DNA from: Catajapyx aquilonaris
Taxonomy: Eukaryota
Assembly: GCA_000934665.2 (NCBI GenBank)
Contig: JYFJ02002089.1
Span: 1 to 63,357, forward strand
Direction: 5' to 3'
DNA length: 63,357 nt
Shown here: piece after piece, positions 1 through 15,910 of the stretch
How positions within the stretch are numbered: position 1 is the first letter of the stretch
How the letters are laid out: each line of letters begins with the position of its first letter
Notes under the pieces: generated by a model
Told to the model about the DNA's origin: nothing
The model's database searches: none
What the model saw: the letters and a program-made list of their open reading frames with translations, nothing else
Position numbers and translations under genes: made by a program

Positions 1-3000
1 GCATTATTTACCAAGACACAGCCTTTTTAGTGCAGTTGCCAATGCTGCTTATGGGGGGCTGGTTGGGCGGGGTGGATGTCACGGATTCCTGGGGACGCAC
101 AACCCTAGTAATTAGCCTACCCCATTGCAAAAACGAGCTAGCAATAACTGTGGCAAGCCAATATTATGCTCCCTGCACAGCGCCCTTAACCATGTTTTTA
201 TTGCAAATCACACAGGATGCTTGTACGTCACAACCCTAATTAACCGAGCAATAATGAGGCAAGTTGAGGAATGTTTTGACCTGCAGGCTGGATGAGAGGT
301 CGCAACTCTGAATACCCCCTGGAAATCACGAACTGCTTGCAGGAGAGAGAAGTGGAGAAGGCTTAGCAGAAAGAATTCCGCCTAAACCTCAAGAAACGTT
401 TCCTACCTCCGTCTCTAGAGATTCCCTCCCCCATGACGAAGTTACTTCTCCGTCACGAAAGTTTTCCTCTCCCCTTTCTTAATAAGGAACGAGGGCCCGA
501 GGTAGAGAAAAAGGCCTTCGACATTTCGGATTCCCAAGAAGAAATTGTTGCCGGCAACACTTCAGCAAGTACGCCAAAAAAACAAACGCGTGCCTAGTAC
601 CACTAACACGTAGCTCAAAATTGATATAATATCACATGTACTACCTGTACAATCATATATTAGCCTAATAATATGTGAATGTTTCCTGCTGATACAGACT
701 ATGCACCCTACTTGTATTATGCAGAAGATATCATCAGGAAATTTCAGAAATGGGTCCTGTTCTACTGAACTATATACTAAATGGCGAATTAAAACTCTGC
801 TTTTTATTTCAAAATTTTGATCAGGTAGCTTCAGCTTGATTGGCCTCCACCAGTATGTAACACATTCCTACCCGCGAGCCTGAAACTTGCTGACCCGGGT
901 AATCGCAGCACTCAAAAAAGCACTCGCCAAACTGCAAAATGGTGTTGAAACAGATGAGTTGTTACACACTATTGAAACAACCTCTTCCCCCCTCCCCCTC
1001 CTCCTCTCTCTGACCACAATGGAAGTAATGGGATTCTTTTTTGGTGCAGTTGCATTCATTCGGAATTGGATTTGTCAAGAGGTAGGATTTAAATTAAAAA
1101 CTATTGTCATGGGAGACAAAAGGGATCCGCAATCCTCTTTATGCAACACAGGTCGTCATTGTGTTATTGCTCTCGAGGGAGCCGCTCCGGGGAGCAGTGT
1201 TGCAACCTTTGGTCAGCAGTACGAGCAATATATTAACGCCTAACTACGTCCTTAGTTATGACAACATTACAGTTTGTACCCTACGTCTCCGCCGAGGGCT
1301 AGGCTATTTCTGAAGCTGTTTTGTTGCTTCTTTTGCTCCATTAAACTCTCAACACGCTCTTCTCCGGAGCCGTGTATTTGGATAGCGCAGCTTGAGGAAC
1401 ACGAAAAGCATGGCAACAAAAATTCCGGTTCAACGTGTGGGATCAATTTGGAAGCGTCTCTAACATCAGTTGCCATGATTGAATCCGAGAGAGCAAGAAG
1501 AGAAGCAGACCTCTGAGTCCCTAGGGTTCAAAACCGACTCGCGCCATCCAATATGCGCTTGAAACCTTTCCAGGGGGTATCAAATATAAGTGAGGGGGTG
1601 CTGGGTCCCCTAAAAAAAAGTGTATGTGCTCATGTGTGTACAGAAAGGTTTGGCTTTCCCACGCTTTGCGTCCGGGACAATGCGCTCGTGTTCATTTCCG
1701 ACGGCAAAAAATGAGCTTTTGTTATTTTGTTCCAGAAAATAATGAAACGCAGTCGTGTAAATGTTTTTATCTCGGGGCGAGATTATCGCAGTGCCAATAT
1801 GGCTGATTACAAGTTTCCGGCCTTACGCATAATGCCGATATGATATGAAATGAATATAATAATCTGACAAAGAATTTCATTGTGCCGAAGTAATATTCAA
1901 ACATTTTTACCGTTCAGGTAATCAAACCATAGTTTATCAAACTGCTTGCATCATAGCACACGTTAACATGTTTTGACAGTGACAATGTGTTTATTCTACA
2001 ATGCAACGTTAATTACAACGTCCTCTACATAATAAACAAAACTTACTGATGCAAATGCTACATCATTTTGACGTTTCTATAGGGCCCAAATTGAAATTAG
2101 CATCATTATAATTTTTTACTCGCTGCATTGGGACCACATTTTGGCAATAGAGCAAAAGCCAACTGGTTTATTCGGGTTTATTACAACATTCCTGTTTTGT
2201 GAATAATGGGCACTGCTAAAACGCGAAACAAAGATACAATGTTCAATGTCCGAAAGTTTATGTTGTAAACCACAAAAATTAACTCTGCAGTTATTTTTAC
2301 CAGCCAGACGACGATACCGCGAGCGATGACGTTATCTGCTGTACCAGTATTCATCCCCGCATCAGCGCTTCGGGGACGAAAGTGGAGACAAGTGCTATAT
2401 ACTGTATAGCGCTAGCAGGGATTTTCATATCCTCACTTCATTCACCCACTATATACCCAGCTCACATATCGTGCTATGAAAGGCCTAACTCGAAAGATAT
2501 TCATATTTACACCAGGGTTTTTTTCCTCCCAGCCATAATTTTGCTAGTCGTCTCCCCTTTGTTATATTACCGCCGCACAATATTGGAACGTTAACTTTTT
2601 CCCATGCTGATGTGGTTTGGTGAATTTCACTTTGATGCATAATAATGCATAAAATTGTATCACAAAATTCCGTTTACGCAATTTTACTCAAGACTCAAGT
2701 ACCGTACTCTGGTGCCTACTGCTATACATGGCATCCAGGTGGCAAGCAACCAAATTTTTCCTTTAAATTCCAATATAGTCTCTAACATACTAGTAATCAT
2801 TTAACAATTCTGAATACACATAAACCTATCTGATCGCACTGCAAAGGCGGTTATACGAGACGGTCGGGAACCTAAGACGAGGGGAGAAAAAAACCGGGAG
2901 TGTAATCACAGATCGTAAGCAGGCAATCTGTTCTCCAAAGCCTCCCCAATGCCCCATCATCTCCCTAGGGTTGGGCGCCAGTTCACCTCGATGGGTTGAA

Positions 3001-6000
3001 AGGTCAGGTAGCGGAAGTGGCCCCATCGGCCGTCTAACCACGTTACCATGGCAAAGCAGCTCCCAGGCCTGGAAGCAGCAGCAGCCTCTCTTCTCCTTTT
3101 TCGTCCTAGGAGCCTCTGCCCCGCCGGCTTCAATTACTCCGCACAATCCTTTACGTGGCAAATTAGTCCAGCCTTTTTGTTGTGATATTCAATTCTGCGG
3201 GAATTATTGGCTTTTAATGGCGGGAAGCGTCATCTGCCAGCCAGAGAAATTAGCAGCGGAAATTAGGTTAAAGTGGAAAATGTCAGCAATAAGGCCCCGG
3301 TTGCACAGCGTCGGCAGCCATCCTCTTGTCATTAGCATCCTCCCCAAGACCCTGGCGCCAGATTACTCTGCCAGGACTCGCCCAAACACCGACAAAAATT
3401 ATCCCCTTACCCGCCTGCACCCCCTTCTACCTTCCTCCTGCACTGAATTGCACTCCTAACTGCATTAAGCTACAGTCTGAGGGAGGCCATTGCCGACACC
3501 TTCCCTTCAAAATGGGAAGCCATGTTATGTTATCGCGACCGAACTTCACCCGTCTTGACGTCACTACTAATGGCCAAAGTTGTAATGGGGGCTGTGCGTA
3601 ATGGAAGCTTCAATTCAACTGCCTTGTTCATGCCCACATATCTGTACGAAATATGTGGTGCTTTGTGAAACGGGAATAAGTACTAGCAGTTAGAGTGAGC
3701 GGGGGGGGGGATCAGCAAGTGGCAGAAAATATTGTTGAAAAATAAATGTCAAAACTTGTTCGAAGGTGGAATAAATTGCCTCCAGATATTACAATGAAAA
3801 ATACGTAGATATATATGTGTACTCTCAGCGGATAGCCGAGATATTATTGATTTACTGAATAAATAAATAAGTCTTTACTGACTTTCCATCTTAATTTGCA
3901 GAATCATAAAATATGAAAGCGTCTGTGAAATCCCCCATTTAAACCCAGAAGTTATTACCTACCGGTACTACTATATTGACTCCAGGATAGTCTAATTAGA
4001 ACGTAAGTACGTTCGAATCTTATAGTTGAAGTAATGTCAGTCTAGAGTCATTTTATGACATACCTTCCAGTTATAAAATTGGAATGGCTGCTAGGCCATA
4101 TTAGCAGGATATCAGTCCCTTGTTGAAACCCACTGTGCGTTGGTAGAGTAATCGATCGCATCTCCGGAGTAATCGAATCACGGGGCGCACATTATGTGAG
4201 TCCCGAGCACTTGAGGAACATCGTTACATTAGCGGTTCGGCCACTTTATCTTTCCAAAGTTGCTCCGGTGGTCCCCCTAAATCCCAATCCCATCTAAATA
4301 GACACACATGAGTTGGGTAACCGAAATCGATGCCTGCCCGTCCGCAACCTTCGGGACCATCCATATACCACTGCCAAACGTCACTCTCCGTCTCTCATAC
4401 TTGCAGCCGTCCCTCAAAACGTCAGATGAAACGAGAGATCCCACGCGGCACCTACTTTTTCCAACCTCGTGAACACGCACGCCTGTCTTAATTGGCAAAA
4501 AACGGACACCGGTGATCCGCCTTGCTTCCCGACACGTAAAAACATCAGGTGGAAAAGAAGAGAAAAAAAAACAGAAGAAAGACAAGGCTGGGTCCAAGAA
4601 AGAAAATACGCATATAAATAGACGGGTCGGCGGCGAATGTGAGTGTCGCAACAAAGCGGCCATTCAGGGCGGGAAAAAGGTGGAAGGAATAATGTGTGCG
4701 AGGGTGGGGGGCCGGGGAAAGGGAGGTTCTGTTTCGCCATGTCGGTGGCATGCGTCATTTCCAGCCAGCCATCAGAGTGAGAGGCAGGGAGGCCTGTAAT
4801 TGCTCCCAGGAACCAACCTCCACACCCCATGTCTCAACCATCAAGGCTATTTTTCTGGAGTCAGCCCTCCCTGGAAGAAAAGTCAAGAATGTGCGACGCA
4901 CCGCCTGCGTTGCAAAGCCGCACTCTTTGTACCGGCCGGGATGGTGCCGCCAGCCATTTCGGTGGAAACATGCAAGTGCGACATCGACATTCCTATACGA
5001 TTGGATTTGGATCATATTTTTCTTTCAGCTGACACAAAGCGAACAATGTATCCGTCAATTTGACTAAATATTATGCTGCTTCAGTTTCCACACAAATATT
5101 TTAACGAATTTAAGCCAGTAAAAATGGTGTAAAAAATATTTCCATGGGTCCTGAATTTCAGGTATGCATATCATGAATTCTCATAAGCGCTACAGCCGGT
5201 ACATGCCGGTCACGGTGCATGAAAGGGCTTATCAATCCGCTCCTGGAAATGAAGAAAAGCCATTTGCAGGCGAGCAACAACAGCTCCGTGACACTTGTTT
5301 CATTCCCTGTTTTGACACCCGGAATTGTGACAATTTCCCGGGAAGTCGCCACCTCTGACCCGGCCCCCAGGCACCTTCTGTCAAAGTCATCAGTCATAAC
5401 TCCCCTGATCGTGCCTCCTTTTCCCGCAACTTGAGAGAAACTAGAACAAGTGGCACGTCACTAATTACAGCCCCGTCTGTTACTAGATGAGGGGGAATCC
5501 CGGGGAAAAATGGATGATGTGCAAATTGGCCGCCATTTCCTCCGCCTTTAAAGCGTGGATGGATGACTTTTCTCCCCACATTCCCGCTGCCAGACATCTC
5601 CCCCCAGCTCCTGATAATATCGCCTGTTACCACATGTGACGCAAGTGGTGTGGAGGATCATTTTCAATTCTCCCCCTCCTTACAAAATCCTTGTTGGAAA
5701 GACGTGCACGCTATACTTGCGACGCGACGGTAGGAAGGGGGTGGAATGAGGAACGGCCTGCGCATCTTACAGACTTTTCCCTCGCACGCGTGTCTTCGTA
5801 AATATGTGAGTGTGCGCGGACCTCCCACATCGCAGGGGCCGTTAAGGCAATATCTAAAGCGGTGGCATCCAGCCGGGACGAGATTTTAGGATGGTTCGAT
5901 ATGTCGTGCTGTGGAAATATATTTTTTAAATAGTCAAACTAGCCGAAGTAATCATTACTGCAAAATATTCAGTTGTAAAATTGGAATGGTACCATTCCAT

Positions 6001-9000
6001 TGTATGTAAAACTAAATTGATCATTAATAAACGGCTGTCATCCACCTGGCAATTGACTGCACAGCTAATTAGGTTGATTTAGCCTCACTACAGGATGCGT
6101 GTTCGGCCATTTGACCACGATCTGCCAACAAACATAATACAGGCTGCAGATGGGAGATTGCAAAAACTTTACTACGATAAATATTATTCATAATTGAAAA
6201 GTGTATAATTAATATTTTCGGTCGGCAGGTTGCATTACTGGCGGTATATTAATTGGCATCTAATTGTTTACATACCTTCACCGGTGCGACAGGGTCTTCA
6301 CAAAGTTTGCTTTATAAAATTGCTTAATATTAACACGCAACTTATGTTGATTTGTGAAAATGTCCTGGGCTTACTCATTTCCTCTGGTTTTAATCAATAC
6401 AGCGAGGCTAACAATATTTCATTCTCTCACTGTCAGTGTACAGACTATTCACAAGATATTTGCCGAATAACCAATAATGATGGCGTAATAATCAAGCTAA
6501 ACAAAAAATTTATTCAAATCGAACATACCAACTTAATCCTTATGGGAACAGTAGTGACATTCTCGCTCAAAACACCTGAAAGACCTAAATTATTCTCTTC
6601 TACGCCACCAGAATACTACGGCTCGTTTCACAGTCCCGCCAGTATTTTGTTTCATCCAATTTTATCTTCGTGAGATTCATCAGACCTAAGACAAGAGTCG
6701 ACACTTCTTATTACTGTGTGAGGTTATTCTCGATCCCATTCCTGACGTCAAAAAGGGAGGCGATTTATGGTCCGGCAGGTTTAGAAACTCATTCAGCAAC
6801 AGGCCTAAATAAATTCTTGTGCTCGGTAAGACTTTTCAGTTTCTATACAAACAAGGGGGGTTGTGGTATAAATTGTCGCCCCGCATTATGGCGCGACAGA
6901 ATCTTAATTAAAATCCAAATATATGTGTGTTTACCCAGTAACAACCTCTTTCCCTAATGATAACACCCAAAATAAATGCAAGCAGCTGCAGCATCCCCCA
7001 TCCTTATATTTTCATCCTGCTTACCAGGCCAACCGGCCCACCTCAATTGGTCGCCATATTGCCTACCAACTAGGCGCAAGTTCTCGGAACATGCGCTGCC
7101 GCGGGTCTGAAAATGACATTACGCACTCGGAGTAAAATGAGCGGAACCAAAGCCTTATTTCACCTGTTGGGCACCCAATTACACTATGTCATCATCGGAG
7201 TTAATGAGTAGCGTCCAGCTCAAGCCCCTTCCCCTTTTGTGCTTGCCATTTCTCTCATCGCAAAATCCAGGCTAGTTCCATCGGAAGTCCCTATCAACCA
7301 TTGATTGGTTGATAATGACCCTCTCACTCCTTTCAATTACTCCTTCATTATGGAGCACGTCCCCCACCAAAATCCTCGTTTTTCCCTCATGATGAATCAA
7401 GATGGCGTGTTTTTAGAAAAGGGGTAAAATCCACACTTCTGCTTCTGTGCACGAGTATTGGCGGATTTGTTTCAAGTTGTTCTCGATTGTGGTGGTCGCT
7501 GAACTTTCCAATTTTCGTCACTAATACCCCCGCTGAAAAGTTACGCTCAAATAAGTTTCGCTCCAAGTTGAGACATATTAATAGCAGCAGACCTGATCCC
7601 TAATGAACTCTTTAATACCGAATGCTATTAACGATGAACAAGGTTTACGCCGGGCCAATTTCTTATGCAAATCTAAACATCGCCGCCTCAGAGTTAAGCA
7701 GCCCGTGAAACGAGATGGCTAAAAACTGAAAATTTCTTAACAAATCCTCACCGGAAGACTAGTTCCCTCCTTTTGCACCAGAAAATATCGATCATCAATA
7801 TTATTTTTTTTGAGCATCCCTAGGGCGTCTCCGAAATCTTCATGTGCCAATCTCCATCCAAAAGAGAAGGAGGGTAGAGGGAGGGGGCGTAATTAATGCT
7901 GCTGAAATATCCCCCCTCTTGCATTTCCTAGTTCAAGAGATTTATTTGCAACCCCCCTTCCTCCACCCCCTACTTCTCCCCTATAGCTGATAAGTGGCTC
8001 CATTAATACGCGGAAGAGTCCGAAGGGGTCGTTTGGCTTGCATCTGCCCAGTCTCTTTTTCGGTAGGGGGTGCCCGCAGGCCTCGTTTTCAACTTGAAAT
8101 GGATTTAGTGCAACAGGACTGCGGTGCTCAGGCGGATTAATACGAGGTGGAGCAGGAGTAGAGGGAGGGAGGGGGAATACATGGGGAGTGGGGGAGGTTA
8201 AATCCGATCCTACAACCTCAACGGATGACGTGTGTGGAAAACTGGCCAAGGGTTCTCTGTTGTTATGCTGCATGAGACTCGAGAGGGCTCTTGTTCCTGC
8301 TGCTGGTTTTTGCAGTTGGGTCCAAACGCGTTGCGTGGGAACACTTTTCAGCTAAATCACCAGGCCTGTGTTGGCCCCTGTGCGAGAGGATTATGCCACA
8401 TTTTATTGCAGGGAGGTTTTTTTCAGTTGATCCCGGATTTTAATTGACGCCGATAAGTGGCCTGATGGAATGAAGAGTAAAAACGTGTCTGTCCATTTAC
8501 CTGTAATAATTTTTTTTCCGAGCAAAATCCAATCATTGGAAAATAATGTGTTTGGCATATACATGCCAAATAATGGCGATCAACTTTTGATTCCAGGTCT
8601 ACCCCCAGATTACCGTAGAGCTCTGGCCAAAGTTGTGGAGAGCCATCCTAGGCCAGCGAATTTCCAATATGATGAGACGCAAAACGAGGATCTGATGTTT
8701 ACCTACTCTTCAGCGAAAGCCCGCAGGATCGGGGCTCCCCCCTTCAACTCCATTTCTGCTGCTTGACTAAACCTTCCCTCCACCCCCATCTTTTTTTTTT
8801 TTGCATTTCGACCATCATATGATATGTTTGGCAAGGTCACTCAGGTACTTTACTACATAACAGCTGGAAATACTAGTCGAGGCAATTCAATCTCCAATTC
8901 GAATGGAGCAACGAAGTGGATTTTAGCTGGCGAAAAATTCTATTTTTCCTGCCCGTTCTCAGAGCAGCCATACCCCTATACCCCATCCATGAGGGGGCTC

Positions 9001-12000
9001 TCGAGTCGAGCGTATTATTATGTTAGGCCAGGCGAAAGTCAAATTGGCCCCGTAGTGAAAACAAGTCCATATTCCCGCACATTTGCACTGGAGCCGGGGC
9101 ACTGTCCGGCTCATGAAAACCAATGCCGCCGGCTCAGAGGACACTAACCTTTCACTTCAATGTTGTCCACTCTTTAGGAGGATTTTTTGTGTGTTTCCTG
9201 CTAAGCCTTCTGCATGTATAGGTTTACCGGGACTTTGTAGTGCAACTTATTCGGAGCGATTTTACCACCCGTAATATTTTTAGTGCAACAATATCAATCA
9301 CATGGCAGCCATGTTCGTGAACATGGCAAACAATATGTGGCGTAATTTCGAGCGCAAACATTTGCCTTGCTCATTTCCCGTGAGAGACAAGCGCAGTGAT
9401 CATTTATAAAATGAAATGAACAAGCTGAAGAATTTGTAATTTAATTTTGATTCGAGTGTTGACTTTTAGTTTAATTTTGTTTTCTTGCACATTCTGGCAA
9501 ACTTTTTTTTGAAATCCCCAGCGGACCATTGTTTCCAACGCATTACATGCCACCCAAACTAATGCAGTTGTTCCGTCCTTTGAGGATTATTGTGTTCTAC
9601 GAAGCAGATTACACGCAAATCGCATTTAAAGTGCTCGACTAATGATGTACCCTGCAAATCCACTTTCACACACGACAATTTCTGCTCTGTGTGGGTATAC
9701 CCCTCCTACCTAATTTTCAATCCAGTCTGCATCTCCATTTTTTCGGTGGTCTGACCACCAGCAGGGGGTGCCACGCGAGTCTCATCTCTCACGTGACTTG
9801 ATAATAACGGCATGCCTTTTAAACTCCAGATCGATCCCTACCCTTGATTACTTTGTGAGGGCCAAGTCGCTGGAATTACGAGTCTCCCCCTCTGGTTGAG
9901 GAGCTTCGGAATGGAGCAAGGCACAGCCTGTCACATGGCAAAACGCATCCCTGATAAATTAATTAAATCTCGGGGAATGGAGGACTCGTGCCTTTGTGTC
10001 CCTATAGTCATTCGTCCCTATAGACCTGCTGGTAAAAAAAACTATAGGAGAGGAGTGGGGATTGCAGGTGCACTTGTCGCTCCTGCAAGTGAAGTGCGGC
10101 AAGTGCACCAATATTGAAATATTCAGGCGGCGGACATCTTGAACTAAGGTTGGAAAATAATGAGAATGCTTCCCACACCCTGCAATATATTTGAGAGGGT
10201 CTGGGTCCCTCCACTCAAATTGACACAGATGCTTATCTTCCCCCCAAGATATGTATGAATAAACCATAGCTGTTTGCTCACTTTCTTCCGCGCTTTTCTC
10301 GTTCCCAAAGGGCTCGAGTCCAAGTGCCGTCCATGTTGAAACTGCGGGTTTCTGGAGGACTCTCCAAATCGCCGCAAGGTCCTCCAGAATTGACGGATGT
10401 TGGTGCAAGGGCCGCAATAAATTTTTGGGCCACTGCGATGGGCCAAACCCCACTCGTTATTTTTTTTCCCCTCCCCATCATTCCACCAAGTGCTATGTGT
10501 GGGGGGTTTTTGTGCCAAATTGATGACCGTCCAGTTTGGGATGATTAAGCTTTTATTTCCGGCGTGTTGTTGTTGCATGGCGGTTGTGCTAATGGCTATT
10601 TCAGCACGGCCGCTCACTCGATAATTTAAAGTTCCGGCACAGTTTATTTTGTGAAAATTTTATAAGTCGGCTATGCCCTGGTGCTGGCCGGTTGATCAAA
10701 GTTGGGCTATGCTCTGAGGATTCTGTTCTATTGTGCACTACCCCATGTCTAATTGATTAGGCGCCATTTTTAGTACAAAGTTTCACCTTCCGCGTAATAA
10801 TTAGCTAGCCTATTAATATGGGACTACTGCTACTTTCCGAATCGGTGGTCTGCCGGGAGAAATAAATCGAACACATAATGCGCAGAATGGCCCACGGGGG
10901 TGGGGGGGTTTTCAAAGTGAGAGGCAATTTTCACAACAGCCATCTCACACGTGTATGACACTAATATTCATCGGCAAAACTGTGTAACGTGGAGGTCATG
11001 CGTTAGTTACGTGATGGTGTGTTTTGCATATGTTTTAATTCCCTCTTCTCCGAGTAAAGCTTGTCAACATTCGCACCACTAAATTACGTAAATGTGGCAT
11101 CAACTGCCCTCGTCCAGAAAAAAAATTCGATATAATTTTGTACATGCCTGCTAGTCCAAAACCGCCAAATTTTGCCTCAAACACGACGGTAGAAATGTGG
11201 GACGTGAAAATGTGCCGCCAAAGTACCACAGAATCTCACGCAAAGCAAGTAGCATGTACCGTAACATTAGCCTCAGCATGTCATCCCTCCATCACAAAAG
11301 ACGTGCAGTATGTAACGTTACATACTGTCTATCATCAGTGCGTGCATGCGAGAACCAATCAAATCCCTTAGCTATACCCTGATAACACGATAGTGGACAA
11401 ATTCGTAAATCCTACCGAAGACGAGAGTTAATAATCCCCGGAGAATCCGGTACAAAAGCTGGTAATCTTCCTAGGTTGAGTATTGGTTGCAAGAGGGGGG
11501 GAAATTCCGAGCAAATGACAGCATTGGCAGAGAAGCTTTTCAAAAACAGGGAGCGGCATGAAGGGCAGATAAGCCCTATCGATGTCGAATTGGGGTTGCA
11601 TCAACCGGCATTGTCATTAAATCGATGTGCCTCTTTGGGCTATCGGGAGACCACTAGGCTTTTGGTTGTTTTGTAGTCCTATCAACGAGCGAATTAGTGC
11701 CAAATATGGATTTTTCGTTTTTTTAATAATCATGTGATGTCAGGGGGTAACTTCGTCAAATGAAAATATGACAGGCATAGATGCATTTTTTCAGAGCCAG
11801 AAGGGCTTGTCGATAAATTACGTTACTCTTTTATTATGCGGGTAGGTCCAGTACTACAGCATACGTGTAGAAATTTTTGTCCTAAATGACTACCGTTATG
11901 TAATATGGACGACCCTTCCAATGCCCTGAAAGTAAGCGTATAGAGAGATATGTAAGGCTCCCGAAGTGGCAAGGCACATTCACCTCTTTACGGTGACCGT

Positions 12001-14601
12001 CCCTCACTGTCTCCAAGTGAATGGGCCCTGATGGAGCTACATTTCCTTGAGATGCAACGACACAAAGGGGTTCTGTCAACTCGGTGGGAGCTGGTGACAG
12101 CATCCAAGAGGTGGGGGAGTAATGACCACTTGTTGACCCACAGGAGTAAACATGCCTACACTACTCCAGGATATTGCACTAAATCAAGGGTGTTTCAAAC
12201 TTGGTCAGGTTCTTGCAACCCTATCTCCTTGTATTTGTCATGAGCCGTGTGACTGTCCCTCTTCGTCAAGCGACACTACGTGGAAATGTTTGCACTATTT
12301 CATCATCTTAGTCATTATCATTATTCGATTTTTTTTCGTCCGGATTTTCTAATAAAATGGGGGGGACTGCTGCATTAATAAAATGATATCAGCTGGTGCA
12401 TTGATCCGTTTTTTTTTTATTCCCACATTCCCTCTCTTTATGAAAATATTTTTTTGGGAATATTATACGCAAAATTTTCAATCATAACACTGCACTACAA
12501 TAATAAAGGTAGCAGCCTATTTCATGAAAAGCTACCTATAACGGCTTTGCCACGAAAATAAGCTTACATGACAACCCAACGTACCTTTTGACACAAAGTT
12601 GCACTGCTGGCAATATTTGGTCTACCTCTGGTATATCAATCGGCTCTTAGAATCAATGTAAAGCGGGTATGTCCACACCTGTCACCTCTGCCCACATGTT
12701 GTAAGATTTAATAGCAAGCTTCTGCTTTAATATTACGTGCCCTCTGCCTGGTCTCCCCCTCCACCTTTTCTTTTGATGCACACTCAGCACAAAATTCTTT
12801 GGCCGACTTCAGAAAACGCCTGCAGCCGCTCATTCTATCTTTATTGGGAAGTCTCGCACGTCTAGCGCAATATCTGGGCTTGAAGTCGGTTGGAAACGTG
12901 TGCAAAGCTTCCACCGAGCTGTTTGCCCGAATCTAAAAATCCTCATTTGTCTGTGTCAGTAGTCTAGGCTGCTATGGGGTGGAGGAAAGGTTGGGAAAGT
13001 TTCTAATGCCGAGTCCTGGTTTGTTGGGAAAGGAATTTTGGTAGTGGAGACACGGGCTGCATTCTCCAAGCGTTTCCGCCTGTGTCGTCCATGGTTCAGG
13101 GCTAACCGAGCGCTATAAAACCACATGTGTGGAGCCAGCAACCACGTTGAAGAGTGGGCTCACGAAATACTTGGGATGGGAATCCATCACCCGGAGACCC
13201 AAGCTCCAACCTTAATAGCGGCTGTCGCCACCCAAAAAGTGCGGCCAATCCTTGCCTCGTGTGACGAATAACAATTGGCTCGCCGTGAGCTGAATAACAA
13301 CCAATATAACATTTGCACCGCTTAAGTTCACTATTACCTGCCTGTATTTAAAAGTATCTCTTCCAGGATTGATTTTGAGGTGTTCCACGATAATCTTTAT
13401 TGAAAATTGTTTCTAATAACATAACTCAGTTGTAAAATATTCTCAGAATAGTGAAAGGTTTTTCAAATTTGAAATGGCCACACAAAAAAATGGCAAAATT
13501 GTCATCAAAATTAAATTAGAATTCTAGCAGGTGTCTTCAAATGCCATTTCAAATGAGACAACTGGCAAATTTGTGACTTTCAATCCCATATTATTATTAC
13601 TTAAACAGATATGTAAAGCTGAGTGTCACTTTTAATCTAATATTATTATAAACAACATCCTGAAAAAAGGAACGTGGTATCACAAAATCAATGCAGGAAG
13701 AGATCCTCCAGGTGTGTCGAGTGATTCTACTTCACGTTAGTGGCAGGTTGACGACTTGATTCGCATAATGGAGATGAGGGGTTTAAAATTGACTCTTTTT
13801 GAAAAAGTGCCGCGCCTCCTGGTCTAATATTTCGACCCTAGTAATAGAGTGGCAATCAAACTCCCTCTTTCCTTCCCTTTTCCCAACTTACGGCGAATCC
13901 AGTCTCTCTCTGCCACGTTAAATCAAACTTAATGGGAAAACTCGGGGGGTATTTTCAGATAATAGTAGAATGCTCTTTCATTCTCCTTTTGGGGTCCCGT
14001 TGAAAGGAAAAACCTCGCGCTCTATTCCATGATTTCTCTCGAAACAGTGACAAGCTTAAAAGCCCTTTTGAAATAAAACTAATTAGAGCCCCCCCCCCCC
14101 AGATTTAACCCCTCTTCCATTGGAATAAAAAGTTATGCAAAAGGGGGGTGAATCCTAAGGACTTTTAATTGATCTCAAACTTTATTCCCAATAGTTTCGG
14201 GCCTCCTGCAACTACCGTAGGGTATTCTGTCCACTAGCATTTGACCAGTGGCTTACATTATTTGTGCCGCAGAGTGACAGCCATGCGGGAAAGCCCTCAT
14301 CAAACTTACAGTACTTCTCTAAAATTAATTGCTAATTAATGCGGCGACTGCCAGCGTCCGACAACTTTCTCCCGGCGGCAAAATGCCTCTGCTTTGACTA
14401 ATTTACCTAGGCGATGTGTCGTGTTCATGTTTTCCGCCAGCAAATTACTGGCCTTTACAGCCCCCATGTTTATTCTATTGCGCCTTAAGTATGAGCGAAC
14501 GCGATTTCAGGAGATGCATAACTATCACGGAAAGCACGCAACTCTGGTGACAAAAAATTACACAAAATCAGGTACAAAGGAGCCAACATTCAACACAAAA
14601 A

Positions 14602-14820
14602 TGTATTAATATTTTTGACGTCCCCTCACCAGATGGCAGGAGGCCTTGGGGAGAGAGAGCTCTTTTTGTGTGTATTCAGTCGTGTTGGGGTTTGATAGCA
14701 GGTCAGTCTAATAAACAGTTGCTCCGTACCGGTTGTATTATTGGACATTTGGACCACGACCCTGAGTGACTTTGCTGGGTCAGAGGGATGACCTGAGGAG
14801 GTCAACCATCACATACTACA
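14602..14820 (+). mobile_element. possible degenerate solo LTR
   Basis: TGTATTA...TACTACA termini and internal AATAAA; no matching TSD. Confidence 0.25.
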
Positions 14821-15910
14821 AGTCCATCAGATGAGATGACAAAAAATCAGTTGATGCGTATTATTGTCAAATTTTCAAATTTTTTGTAAATTTACATCAC
14901 ACTATACCCATGTAACTCACTGTTGGCGTGTGCAGCGTTGCGTCGCTCTTCGCTTCCTATAAAGAAGAAAATAATATTAGTTGCCGTAAGGCGCATCAAT
15001 ACAGCATCCTATAATGCCTAGAAGAATGCGAGGTATTGGAAGAATTTTTCCTCCGACAAAATGCAACTTTTCACTCATGCTTGCCCCTTTTCAACCCATT
15101 CTTTTCCTCTAGCTGGCGCCAATCAATCCGACATTTGCGCGTAACCGTCCGGAATTGCGAGGCAGTTGGGATCCAACATCTTCTGTAGGCAACCGATTGG
15201 CGAAATCTCTCTTCCCCACCCCCACCTTCCCCCCTCTTCTCCAACATCCAGATTCAAACTTCCAGTTTGGAATTATAACTACTTGGGTGGGGTAGGGAGG
15301 GGAGAGTTTTGTGGGAGGGTGAGGGGAAAAGGGGATTCAGTTGGAGATTGCCGCCTGGGAAAGGGTGAAAAGCAGAAAAAGAGGGTGGGGTGTAGTAGGG
15401 GAGAAAGAGGAAGCCGCTCCTTGTCAGAAGGTATTATTCTCCTGGGGACGCCTCCTCTTGAAAGCCTTGCCATCCACTTGTATGGATGCGTGCAATATTG
15501 AAGTTGCAGCCGGAGATTGCCAATTCGTTCGGAACTTTTAGCTTCCCTTGGCGGGATTGCCAAGCTTGGGCTCTTTTCAGCCAGGACTCGGAATTTCGGT
15601 TTTGACGTGGAGCAGATATGATCTGTATACGCATACAAACTGATCGAATATGCCTGGAGCATCGTATGGGGGATTCTCGGATTAGAAATTCCCGTTATTG
15701 TATTTTCCTGTGTGCAGTCATGCTGGGGGAACCGCCTCGCTTCAGTTTGGAACAAATAGGCCAACAAGATACAATTTTATTACCGAGATCTGGATTAGTA
15801 CCGTGGGAAGAATATATTTGCGATTTCAAGGCGGGGGTTGCGAAGAGGTGACCAGATGAATTATTAAAATTAGTTGTAAGTTACCAAATTTTACTAGCGA
15901 CATAATTTAA

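Noticed and set aside
2350..2415. Hairpins followed by CTAG, like a Helitron 3' end
   Set aside because: Spacing and the following base do not fit, and no 5' end or second copy is seen.
1656..15809. Su(H)-like YGTGGGAA sites at 1656, 8334, 10170, 12420 and 15802
   Set aside because: Dispersed, not paired or clustered, and near the number expected by chance in 18 kb.
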